A stretch of 63,447 nt of DNA, the filler included, from Lenisia limosa (taxonomy: Eukaryota; Protista; Breviatea), in the NCBI GenBank assembly GCA_001655205.1. It is 17 parts of 17 records of this genome, joined end to end, with 100 filler letters (N's around TTAATTAATTAA, not from the genome) between each part and the next. Parts side by side here need not be neighbours in the genome. Positions count along the whole stretch, not along the records: positions 46,918 to 53,316 come from LPNZ01009964.1; positions 53,417 to 56,446 come from LPNZ01007243.1; positions 56,547 to 57,724 come from LPNZ01001486.1; positions 57,825 to 59,246 come from LPNZ01011460.1; positions 59,347 to 62,050 come from LPNZ01010540.1; positions 62,151 to 63,447 come from LPNZ01002015.1; 11 more parts are not named here. One strand, written 5' to 3'. The position numbers and the translations under genes are program-made. Each line of letters opens with the position of its first letter. Positions within the stretch are counted from its first letter, which is position 1. Of this stretch, positions 51,201 to 62,221 are shown piece after piece. Under the pieces are notes generated by a model. The model did not search any database. It was not told the origin of the DNA and saw nothing but the letters and a program-made list of their open reading frames with translations.

Positions 51201-52736
51201 ATCAATGTACCTATGGTAGTATATCATATGATATAATACTACATGAACGAGACGAGTCCTGACTGACCCCCACAAGAGTCAAGTTTCGATTTTCAATACT
51301 ATTTTCCTGATGTGGATAATTTACTGAACGTGTTCAAAATAGCCTCACCAGCGTCACAATAAGGCCCATCAACCCAGCCCGTGGTGAAAGAGCATTCCAC
51401 TCCAGTCAATTTCGGAACTATGAGGTTGAAGCCCTCAGGACAAGTCCCCTGAAGTATTAGCGACAAAGCAAACAAGCCACTACAATATTATATTTTCACA
51501 TCCATATGAAACTACTTTAAAAAGGGACGAAAAGAAACATGATACAACTACTACATTTTGAACATATTACACATTCATTCTTATTTCTTCTATTTTGCCA
51601 ATAAATAACCATGAAATGACTCTGGTTGCAGAACAGTAACATACAGTCACAGTGATATCCGAAACGGTGCCGGTAGCTGTACGGCTTCGGGACGTAACGT
51701 CCACCACCACGTCTCCTTCCACAAAAGGGGCGTCAATCAAACAAGATACCCCTGTGAAGCAATTAACCAGGTTAATAATATACTACCATTTAAAAAATAC
51801 GATATTATTGCAATTTTTCGGTCAATATTACAAAGAGGAAATGAAAATCATTGTGAAAAATGATGATTATTAGGTGGAATCCTCCGCAACTTCCCCTAGA
51901 AGTGGTAGGTAGTAGCTGTGTTCCTAACTTACTGGTAACATGAGCTTGGAAGTCTTCCTACAGCCATGTTAGAAGAGCTTGTTTGCAGTATTCAGATCAA
52001 TGTATTTGAATAAAGTAGAGATGCAATTTGGTATTACTTAATAAACTGAACATTAAGGTCTATACAAATGGGATACACAGATTATTTTTGGTTTCAAACC
52101 CACTACCCCCCCACCAATGCAACGGCGCTCCTTGGTTCCTGAGACTCAGAGAGGTGCATTTGGACACCTTCAGGGGAGGCTCTGGACATGTCAAAATCCC
52201 ATCGTACAATAGTTGTCACCATATTGTACATCTGTTTTTTTGTGGTGACGTTAAGTTAAAAGTAAATGAACTAGATTTCTTCATCCTTTCCCCGTCATTT
52301 CTTTTCTCATAATTTTAAAAGAATGTTGCATTTTCTGTCAAAAGTTGATTGAGATTGAAAAAGCTCCGGTTCTGAGAATAGATTTTTGTTAATTCAATTT
52401 ATGGGTATTTGTGGGTTAATAAATTCTGAGAAGATTGGGAGAAAAAAAGTAAAAAAAACGGGAATCCCCATTTACCCTGACATATCACCATACACCATAT
52501 CACTGTCTTCAGTGTCTAAGACACTTGACATTGTTTCCATATATAATCGGTTTCAACATGACAATTTGATTCACAAATGAATTTCATGTACGGAAGGATA
52601 GATAATCCTCATGAAGAATGGATAACCAGAATTCAATGTGATATAATGGTATGTCATTAACCACCACTTACACTATGGCGGGGTTGGCCAGGCATCCTAG
52701 AAACAAGGCACATGTCAGAATGAAAGCATTAATCAT
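48274..52736 (-). CDS. Secreted protein with a Sushi/CCP-like module and RCC1-like repeats
   Basis: Signal-peptide-like MINAFILTCALFLGCLA (ATG 52736); GTCPEGF...GPYCD; CALSCVDGSAVPKGTPIATCSNAGW (Sushi-like); RCC1-type segments KLLTCGTSTNYALG, FQSGVFFYGLL/TVEGEVYTWGSSSLYQ, VKYRAFHTGAILIT and GEVFARSSFVNDNTFLQYG. Confidence 0.6.
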
Positions 52737-53630
52737 GATGTCGCAGGTGGTGCAACAACTCAGTGTGTGATTGGTTGGGCAGGGTTGGGCGTTGTGTGAT
52801 ACCAATCTCTTGCCCGATCTCCCTCAATCTTCAAGTTTTGGCTCGGGTTGTATGTATATGTATGTGTGTCGTAGTATATGCTAATGGTTTGTCGGTGTCG
52901 GTTTTGTGTTTTGTTTCTTTTTGGTGGGGAAGTGAGTTTTGAAAGATCTTCGATCTTGTGAGTTGATGTGTGTGAGCTGTGGGTGCTAAAACGGCCTAAT
53001 AGCAGTATTCTGGTTATAAACCTGTGTTTTGCACGTATTGTGGTCACGATTATTTATCTGTAGGCTTCTCTATAGTTTATTCAGCTTGTGTAATTGGCAC
53101 CTCACAGTGCTGCTTTAGTGGGTTTTGAATCCAACAAAGTGTAGTTCTGTGAAATACCTTCAAAAATGGCAGAAGAGGTTTGTCACTGTGCCCTTCCTCC
53201 CTCTCCTCCAGATGATATTCTGTTGACCGCCTTTGTCGCTATCAGAATTCTGGGACTTTAGCTAGAACTTAAGTTTTTCTTGTTTTGTAGATCCTTCTCA
53301 GCTATCTTACTTTTTANNNNNNNNNNNNNNNNNNNNNNNNNNNNNNNNNNNNNNNNNNNNTTAATTAATTAANNNNNNNNNNNNNNNNNNNNNNNNNNNN
53401 NNNNNNNNNNNNNNNNGGTTGTTCATCATACATATCATACAACTTCATCATATATATTTTTTTCTTTGTTTTTTTTTTTTGCTGTGTGATTTCCCAAGGA
53501 AAAGCGGTTAAGACTTATCCCGGTCACTGTATGCATAACCGCGACAAGTCATGACACATCTGATTTTTTGGTCCCTCTGTTTTTTTTACGTTCCTGTATT
53601 TATTAAATCTCTCCAATTTTACATCTGCAG

Positions 53631-54915
53631 GTACCTGGTTATGGCCGGGGCACCCCGAGAGTGCGACAATCCGAGTGAAGTTGCGGCCGCGGCAGCAAGC
53701 ACACTGTTGATGGAGGCGGAATGTTTGAGTTCTATTGAGGCTGTCAAGGTGTGTTCAATATTGACTTTCCATAACAGGCAAGTATTTTGTCACCTTCAAT
53801 TACCGTAATTTGGAAGTATTATATAATTTATAATTACCATAACAGGCAAGTATCCGACATTTATCTCCAGTAACAGGCAATTACCAAATATGTACTTACC
53901 ATAATAGGCAGTTATAAAACATTTACTTGCTATAACAGGCAATTGTCCAGTATTTACATACCATAACAGGCAGTTATACAATATTTTCTTACCATAACAG
54001 GCAGGTATCCACCTTGGTCCGGTCACGGCAGGGGTGGTTGGCAAGCAGCCAAGATATAAGGCAGTTGGAGCCANNNNNNNNNNNNNNNNNNNNNNNNNNN
54101 NNNNNNNNNNNNNNNNNNNNNNNNNNNNNNNNNNNNNNNNNNNNNNNNNNNNNNNNNNNNNNNNNNNNNNNNNNNNNNGTTCTAGTTTTGTTTTTGAATT
54201 GTCTATGAGTCTTCACTTCAGTTCAAAAAAATTGAATTTCTCGAAAATTATCGATATTTTACTGATATTCGAACCGAAGAGAAGCCCTAATTGTCTCTGT
54301 GATCAACCAACAGAGTTGATTTTGGGCTTTTTTCTTTCATTTTACTCACTCCCGTAGATTAGCGTCGAACTCAGAATGGGGGAAGATTCTGATATCCTCG
54401 CCGGTTTTTTACAAGCTTGGGCCTCAGATGCAAGCCCATTGCCAACAGAGGGGTATTTGGGAACAAATGGTCATCTTAAATAAAACAAAGACCCAAAATG
54501 AAAACCAAATTGAAAATATAAGAAGAAAAGATCAAGGTGATCTATCAATACGTAAAACAATACATCATATCAAATGGCATATTATTAGGGCTTCACCTCG
54601 GTTCAAAAAAGATTGGTAAAATATCGATAGTTTTTGAAGATATATCGAGAATCTCAGTCCTTTTTAGAACCGAAGTGAACCCCTAGCTATTATATTTATC
54701 ATATTTATATGGTATATTACATTACATATCAATAAAATACCTCTTGATCAACTGAGGGGATACTTGGGGAACAAAAATCTTCTGGAAACTTTACCTATTT
54801 TCCTTTCTTCCCCTTTTTACCTATTTTCGCCCCTTTAGGAGTTATTTCAGTGAAAGGCGGAGGTGAGATCGAGACCCTCTGGCTTCAGGCACAGAAGCAG
54901 GCACCTATTCCCTGT
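53631..54915 (+). CDS. Class III adenylyl/guanylyl cyclase catalytic domain, partial (C-terminal tail may extend to ~56356)
   Basis: Exons YLVMAGAPRE...STLLME, AGIHLGPVTAGVVGKQPRY, LASNSEWGKILISS and GVISVKGGGEIETLWL match YxVxxG-P, GIHxGPVxAGVVG, RI-x-IS and VKGKG-x-TYWL. Confidence 0.88.
53769..54003 (+). repeat. Intronic minisatellite, ~30-35-bp unit with core CCATAACAGGCA
   Basis: About 7 degenerate units; the last one supplies the acceptor CCATAACAG|GCAGGTATCCAC. Confidence 0.85.
54588..54683. mobile_element. MITE family A copy (others at ~54207-54288, ~55540-55600)
   Basis: TA-GGGCTTCACCTCGGTTC...GAACCGAAGTGAACCCC-TA. Confidence 0.85.
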
Positions 54916-56539
54916 GGGGGGGGGNNNNNNNNNNNNNNNNNNNNNNNNNNNNNNNNNNNNNNNNNNNNNNNNNNNNNNNNNNNNNNNNNNNNNNNNNNNN
55001 NNNNNNNNNNNNNNNNNNNNNNNNNNNNNNNNTTAGAGTACATCTTAATTACATTATAAAATCTCCCAAAAATGACCTGTCAAAATGGCGTTATTTCTTC
55101 CATAACGCCGTAGCTACACGCAACATCCCCGTGGAGCCAGTAAATTCCTTATCTATCACCATTGCCGCTGCAGCCGCCCAGTCAAATAGTGTCAATAGGG
55201 AGGCGGTAGGGGGGTGCTGGACTTTTGTATCATATTTGGATATAAAGAATCTAAACTGTCCCCCCNNNNNNNNNNNNNNNNNNNNNNNNNNNNNNNNNNN
55301 NNNNNNNNNNNNNNNNNNNNNNNNNNNNNNNNNNNNNNNNNNNNNNNNNNNNNNNNNNNNNNNNNNNNNNNNNNNNNNNNNNNNNNNNNNNNNNNNNNNN
55401 NNNNNNNNNNNNNNNNNNNNNNNNNNNNNNNNNNNNNNNNNNNNNNNNNNNNNNNNNNNNNNNNNNNNNNNNNNNNNNNNNNNNNNNNNNNNNNNNNNNN
55501 NACCCCATCTTTTCTTTTCTTTCACTTTACTCAATATTAGGGGTTCACTTCGGCTCAAAAAAACTGAATTTCTCAATAATCCTCGAAAACATCGAAGCCC
55601 TGCTCACTCCCATACCATACCCATCTACGCCTTATTTACGAATTTAGACCTGTCACGTGGAGGGAGAAAAGAGCCCCCTCCTCTCAGATAGACTGGATAA
55701 AGTCTCTTCTAATCACTCCATACGTACGTGGAGCATCATGTTTTTTTTTTTGTTTATTTGAGAATATGAATACAGGAAATACAACCTAGGTGTACAATAT
55801 TNNNNNNNNNNNNNNNNNNNNNNNNNNNNNNNNNNNNNNNNNNNNNNNNNNNNNNNNNNNNNNNNNNNNNNNNNNNNNNNNNNNNNNNNNNNNNNNNNNN
55901 NNNNNNNNNNNNNNNNNNNNNNNNNNNNNNNNNNNNNNNNNNNNNNNNNNNNNNNNNNNNNNNNNNNNNNNNNNNNNNNNNNTCAAAAACTGCACGGAAA
56001 ATGAGCCTTGCTGTGGTGGGCAGGGGACGTTATTATGATTATTCTAGGTATGTGTTATATCATATGATCATATGATTATACTATATGATATTTGTAATTA
56101 TACATCATCAGACCATATCACATGTATATATAAAGATTATGTATATCCAATGAGATAATATAATACTAGATACATTCGTGAAATCAATTTTTTGAAATCA
56201 AGGTGGCTGAAATGGAGTTGAAGTTTAGAGATTCATTTTCACGGAGTTCCATCTCCCAAACCATATCTGACTCAGTAGAACTACGACAAAATCGCCGAAC
56301 TATCCTCGCAAGCCTCCTCCCAGCAGGATTATCCTCAAGAAAAATCGCAATCTCGTAGGAGGGGAGGGGGATCTATTTTCTGTCGAGGGATGTTGGATCC
56401 CTAGGGGGTGGTAGCGAGGGTAATAATGTACCTTTTATATTCATGANNNNNNNNNNNNNNNNNNNNNNNNNNNNNNNNNNNNNNNNNNNNTTAATTAATT
56501 AANNNNNNNNNNNNNNNNNNNNNNNNNNNNNNNNNNNNN

Positions 56540-57290
56540 NNNNNNNCCCCTACATGCAAACCTCCGTTGAAGACTTGGCCGATCTCTACTCTATGAGTAT
56601 GGGGGTTGTTTGGCTTTTAATTTTTTAATTGTTTTTATTTTTATTTAGTTTTTTTTTGTTTGTTTTGTTTTGTTTTTGATTGGTACTTTTTATAATATTT
56701 TGTTTTTGTTTTGTGGGGGAGGGGGTTCCTCACACGTCCTCGAAACAATGCGTGTTGTTATACTTGGTAAACTCACCTTCATTTCCCTCGTAGTTATTTC
56801 GCAAGCCAGTATGGAGCGAAGTGTTGGTGCTGCGGCCCTTCCCAAGACTATCCCCACAACCTACCTTCTTGTGGGCTGTAATAATTAGGGCTTCACTTCG
56901 GTTTGAAAAATATTGTTACAATATCGATAGTTTTCGTGGATTTATCGAGAAATTCAGTCTTTTTTCGAACCGAAGTGAAGCCCTGGTAATATTATTGAAG
57001 ATGAGCAGTATCGTACAATTGCTTTGTGAAAATGAGTATTATTTAATATTCAATGTTATAGTATAATATATAATTATATGTAACATATATCGATATAGCC
57101 ATCATATAATTATCTATAATATATCGATATATAATATTCAATGTATAGCTTTGTGTTTTTTGTCATCCTTTAAATTCTAAACAATCCATGTGATTACTAT
57201 CTCACAATGAAGGCCGCCTCTAGCTTAGCTAGACTGTTGGCACCTCCCCCCGCAATCTCCATCATCAACACCCCAGTTCCCCCTCTTAAG
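56540..57290 (-). CDS. Putative gene fragment, unknown
   Basis: Candidate exons GGTGVLMMEIAGGGANSLAKLEAAFI and VVGIVLGRAAAPTLRSILACEITTREMK (GTGAGT donor). Strand is not certain. Confidence 0.3.
56888..56983. mobile_element. MITE family A copy
   Basis: TA-GGGCTTCACTTCGGTTTG...CGAACCGAAGTGAAGCCC. Confidence 0.88.
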
Positions 57291-57916
57291 GTGAGGAGGA
57301 AAATAAAAGGCTTTTTTTTTAATAAGAGAAAAAATATACAATAAAAAGCTGTGAAACAAATAAATACATAGGGATCCATAAACAAATTACCATGCCTCCG
57401 CGCTAAAAGCATATCAAATAGTATATTAGAGATTATAGCATTGATAGTTTTTTTTTTTGATAAATTTGTTTTGATATGTGTTTTCTTAGAGGGGGTGGGT
57501 GGGTGTGGAGCTCTCTTTAAGTGATTAACATTGTTTATATTTATGAGAGTATTTTGTGTTTTGGAGCGCAAGTCTTGATTATAAAATCTAGGGGTTATTC
57601 AACTATTTTGTTTAAAACTATTTTTCTGGGTTTTGTTTTATTTGATACCTTTTCCAATTGTACCAGAGTTGATTTTGGGCTTTTTTGTTTCATAAATTTT
57701 CCACATTTATGGGATGCGGTGCTGNNNNNNNNNNNNNNNNNNNNNNNNNNNNNNNNNNNNNNNNNNNNTTAATTAATTAANNNNNNNNNNNNNNNNNNNN
57801 NNNNNNNNNNNNNNNNNNNNNNNNAGGGTAGTCTTAATGATCGAATTTTTCGAGTATTCTTTGTCACCTTGGGCTTTTTTGTTTTGTTTTTTAGTTTTCC
57901 AATTTTACATCTCCAG

Positions 57917-58929
57917 CCCCTTTCAGCTTCGAGGAGGCACTTCCGACCAGAGGACGTTCCTGGCACCCTCATTAATCTTGGTATGGGTTTTTTTGGTTGT
58001 TGTTGTTTTTATTTCTATTTTTTTTTTTTTTTTTTTTNNNNNNNNNNNNNNNNNNNNNNNNNNNNNNNNNNNNNNNNNNNNNNNNNNNNNNNNNNNNNNN
58101 NNNNNNNNNNNNNNNNNNNNNNNNNNNNNNNNNNNNNNNNNNNNNNNNNNNNNNNNNNNNNNNNNNNNNNNNNNNNNNNNNNNNNNNNNNNNNNNNNNNN
58201 NNNNNNCCCAGGCCTGGCCAATATGACAGCTTCCCATGCGCCTCTTCGTCTGGAGTCCTATAATCTCCTGGCTGCTGCCTGTGAAGCCTTCCAGTTTAAG
58301 GTGGGGGAGCGTCTTTTGAATTTCCTGTATAATATATGGGGAACCTTTGAAGTGGGGGTCTGCGAAACCTTCTAGTTTTTAACCAGTCTTTCCCAAATGT
58401 TAGCCTAAAGAGTTGATTTTTGGGCTTTTTTTTTTTTTTTGNNNNNNNNNNNNNNNNNNNNNNNNNNNNNNNNNNNNNNNNNNNNNNNNNNNNNNNNNNN
58501 NNNNNNNNNNNNNNNNNNNNNNNNNNNNNNNNNNNNNNNNNNNNNNNNNNNNNNNNNNNNNNNNNNNNNNNNNNNNNNNNNNNNGACCACTTCCCGCATC
58601 CAGCCCTGTGATGGACTTGTATTGCCCATGAGCATCTCGGATTCTGTCGTTCATATCAGGTGAGAGGTATTATTGAGAGGTATTATTGAGAGGTATTATT
58701 GAGAGGTATTATTGAGAGGTATATAAAATGGTAGTGATTAGCTGGAGGGATAGGCGTGTGGGTGTGGGTGTGGGAGCACTTTTATGCGTGCGTGTGCATG
58801 TGTGTATATATTATTTTTATTTTTTTCATAAATTCCCTCCTTACCGCCCAGCACGGATCTCGCTTCAGCAGCCCCAGAACTAACACTAGAACTGGTCAAC
58901 GAAGCTCTTCATGGCTTCAAGAAAGCGGC
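57917..58929 (+). CDS. NF1: Neurofibromin-like RasGAP, fragment C-terminal to the Sec14-PH module
   Basis: RPEDVPGTLINL/GLANMTASHAPLRLESYNLLAAACEAFQFK ... DGLVLPMSISDSVVHIS/TDLASAAPELTLELVNEAL is collinear with NF1 RPKDVPGTLLNIALLNL...AYNLL...GLCIP...LAANEPHLTLEFLEE. Confidence 0.88.
58662..58722 (+). repeat. 13-bp tandem (GAGAGGTATTATT)x4+ at an NF1 intron 5' end
   Basis: Directly visible. Confidence 0.9.
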
Positions 58930-59063
58930 GTAGGGGGTGTAGTGTGGTATCTATTAATGGNNNNNNNNNNNNNNNNNNNNNNNNNNNNNNNNNNNNNNNN
59001 NNNNNNNNNNNNNNNNNNNNNNNNNNNNNNNNNNNNNNNNNNNNNNNNNNNNNNNNNNNNNNN

Positions 59064-59174
59064 TCAGGGATTTATTGATGAATTTTAAATTTGGGTTCTT
59101 GTCGAAGTTTATCAATTCCAAAATAATGCTAACTTCGACAAGAACCCAAATTTAAAATTACATCAGATCCCTGA
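59064..59174. repeat. Perfect 29-bp hairpin (small MITE-like palindrome)
   Basis: 59081-59109 AATTTTAAATTTGGGTTCTTGTCGAAGTT pairs exactly with 59131-59159; outer TCAGGGA/TCCCTGA also pair. Confidence 0.85.
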
Positions 59175-59346
59175 GTCCCACTAACAGTGTAAATTACTAT
59201 AATTTTCTGTCTTCTCTCTATAATCAATATCGCTTATTAGCGTGATNNNNNNNNNNNNNNNNNNNNNNNNNNNNNNNNNNNNNNNNNNNNTTAATTAATT
59301 AANNNNNNNNNNNNNNNNNNNNNNNNNNNNNNNNNNNNNNNNNNNN

Positions 59347-62050
59347 TCCCACCGCTCCCAGTCCTCAATTCCCGACCTGTCGATGTCAGTCATATCAGCA
59401 GCTAGCGATTTCGAGTCCGACTGGTACCTCCCCCCCTTCTTCTACATCCCCAGCTATGGCATTTTTGCTAAAGTCGCCATCTCTCCCACTACTCTGAAGT
59501 ATGTTGGCGTGATCTTAGATCTGGAGGGGGGGGGGTTCAGCCCACTTCTCTTTGTCACCCCTCGNNNNNNNNNNNNNNNNNNNNNNNNNNNNNNNNNNNN
59601 NNNNNNNNNNNNNNNNNNNNNCACGGGGCTTTGTTTTGTTGTTCTCAACTCGCGTCTTGCAAGTCGACAGAGTTGATTTTGGGCTTTTTTTTTTATTTCT
59701 AAATATTCCCATAAATTTCCTATTTTATTTCCCAGATTTCTCTCCATGATGCCGCAGTCCACTCAGCCCGAGCGACCGTACGGTCACCAAAGCAGTGTAT
59801 CACTTGAAGATGTTGGGGGGGGGGGNNNNNNNNNNNNNNNNNNNNNNNNNNNNNNNNNNNNNNNNNNNNNNNNNNNNNNNNNNNNNNNNNNNNNNNNNNN
59901 NNNNNNNNNNNNNNNNNNNNNNNNNNNNNNNNNNNNNNNNNNNNNNNNNNNNNNNNNNNNNNNNNNNNNNNNAGATAAAAATTTATGGGGACAGCGTTTG
60001 GCAAACACACTAATAAAACAACAAAACAAAAAAAAGCCCTAAATCAGTTCTGTTGGCTGACAACAAAAGAGGGGGATATTTTTGTTGAATTGGGAAACGG
60101 AAGGGAAAAACAAAATCCTGAAATAACACAAAGTATGAAACAGTTATGAAGCTACCAGGAGTGACCCCGAGATACAATATCCTTCTCCTCTTTCCAGCAA
60201 TGAAAATAAAAAACAAAGATTAATATGGCCCCATATATGCCAAACACCTCCCCCCCCCCCCCNNNNNNNNNNNNNNNNNNNNNNNNNNNNNNNNNNNNNN
60301 NNNNNNNNNNNNNNNNNNNNNNNNNNNNNNNNNNNNNNNNNNNNNNNNNNNNNNNNNNNNNNNNGGATTTATCGAAAAATTCCGTCTTTTTTTGAACCGA
60401 AGTGAATCCCCAGTATATCTCCCCATTAATTGCCTCAAAATCATAATACTTATCCGGGCTTTTTTTGTTTGTTTGTTTTATTCGTGTGTTTAAACGCTAG
60501 GGGCTCTTCGTAACTGTTTCATACTTATTTCAGGATTTTGTTTCTCTCTTTCGTTTCCCAATTCAACAGCATTATCCCCCTCTTTTGTTGTCAGCCAACA
60601 GAATTGATTTTGTGCTTTTTTTTGTTTGTTTTGTTTCATATATATTCCCATTTTACTCCTCTCCAGGAAACCATCAATGTTGAGATGTTAGAGACTCAAT
60701 TCCAAGCCATTAGCTCTATGCAGAGTGTAAGGTACGAAAAAGAACAAGAAAAAAGGGGGAAAGAATTAGCGCTTCACTTCGGTTCGAAAAAAGAGAATTT
60801 CCGATAAATCCTCGAAAACTATCGATATTTTACCGTTCTTTTTCGAACCGAAGTGAAGCCCTAGAAAGAACACATACTTTATCCTTCTGAAAGAAATACC
60901 ATATAACGTACGTTGGAGTGATTGGATGCGGTGCAGCAGAAGCGACTGGCCTAAGTTTGTTGTTATCAACCCTCGTGTGTTATCAGCCAACAGAGTTGTT
61001 TTTGAGATTTTTTTGTTTCATTAATTTTCCTACTTTACTCCCCCCCCCCCCCNNNNNNNNNNNNNNNNNNNNNNNNNNNNNNNNNNNNNNNNNNNNNNNN
61101 NNNNNNNNNNNNNNCTGAGTGGGGGGGGGGGGTGCCTGTAATTTTCTTTTTTATTATTATAATTTTTATTATTTTCTATTTTTATTCATATTATTATAAG
61201 TATTATTATTATGATTATGATAATTATTATAATTATTGCAGCTTTTGTTTTTTTACCCTAAAGTTACCGTCTATGCATCGCTCTCATGGCGCTCGTTCTG
61301 ATTCTGGTGTTTATCAGCGTATCATCGGCATCACCCAATTCTCGCCTCAATGCTAATTTCAGCTGTGGTAAGGGGGGGGGGGGNNNNNNNNNNTCGAAAA
61401 CTATAGATATTTTTCCGAAACGAAGTGAAGCCCAAGTGGTGGGTTAGTGAAATAAAACATATCGTATCATGTGACTGGGCAAATGATTAGGTGAATTAAT
61501 ATTGCTGGAGAGGTGCGTGTACATAGAGTTGTAAGGCAAATGATTGCGTGAATTAATCTTATACTATCATATTTTTTGCTATTAGTAGATGTATATTTTT
61601 GGCTTCCCTACTGTCAAAAAAAGACCTCAAAATATCGATATTTATGAGAATTTATTGGGAAATTCAGTCTTTTTTTGGGACCGTAGGGAAGCCCTATGTA
61701 TAGTATCCAATATCTCTTATAAGCGTNNNNNNNNNNNNNNNNNNNNNNNNNNNNNNNNNNNNNNNNNNNNNNNNNNNNNNNNNNNNNNNNNNNNNNNNNN
61801 NNNNNNNNNNNNNNNNNNNNNNNNNNNNNNNNNNNNNNNNNNNNNNNNNNNNNNNNNNNNNNNNNNNNNNNNNNNNNNNNNNNNNNNNNNNNNNNNNNNN
61901 NNNNNNNNNTGAATGACTAGGCAGATGACAGGATGAAATGATATTATTTTGACCCTACTGCTTCTGTGAACTATATTATTTTGACCTTTTAGTACTTCGG
62001 TTGCTTCTGGTCCTCCTGATGCTCACAGAACAGATCATTTACATCAATGG
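59347..62050 (+). CDS. Putative membrane protein fragment, family unassigned
   Basis: Exons FLSMMPQSTQPERPYGHQSSVSLED, ETINVEMLETQFQAISSMQS, and hydrophobic YRLCIALMALVLILVFISVSSA and LRLLLVLLMLTEQIIYIN. Confidence 0.45.
60020..60666. mobile_element. Fold-back element with ~125-bp inverted arms containing repeat C
   Basis: 60025-60152 (AAAAGCCCTAAATCAGTTCTGTTGGCTGACAACAAAAGAGGGGGATA...CAAAATCCTGAAATAA..GTATGAAACAGTTA) is closely reverse-complementary to 60506-60630. Confidence 0.8.
60769..60861. mobile_element. MITE family A copy (variants at ~61601-61695, ~62859-62953)
   Basis: TA-GCGCTTCACTTCGGTTCGAAAA...TTTTCGAACCGAAGTGAAGCCC-TA. Confidence 0.88.
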
Positions 62051-62168
62051 NNNNNNNNNNNNNNNNNNNNNNNNNNNNNNNNNNNNNNNNNNNNTTAATT
62101 AATTAANNNNNNNNNNNNNNNNNNNNNNNNNNNNNNNNNNNNNNNNNNNNATCTGGGTGATAAATTTT

Positions 62169-62211
<43 letters not shown>
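62169..62211 (+). repeat. (GA)n microsatellite
   Basis: About 21 AG/GA units, directly visible. Confidence 0.95.
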
Positions 62212-62215
<4 letters not shown>

Positions 62216-62221
62216 ACAAAC

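Noticed and set aside
54358-54406. Loss of the catalytic Arg in the cyclase (ASNSE read as ASRME)
   Set aside because: A better alignment puts the Arg in the split codon just before LASNSE (xxA, partly hidden by the gap), so loss cannot be claimed.
18600-54915. Apparent flagellar cAMP/Ca2+ signalling cluster (CNB protein, CatSper2, cyclase)
   Set aside because: The three genes lie on different contigs joined by artificial spacers, so proximity is an artefact.
4663-61912. Many listed ORFs spanning X runs
   Set aside because: They stay open only because N gaps contain no stop codons.
2462-62150. Regularly recurring TTAATTAATTAA as a biological repeat or CRISPR-like array
   Set aside because: Always embedded in exactly 44+44 N; it is an assembly linker.
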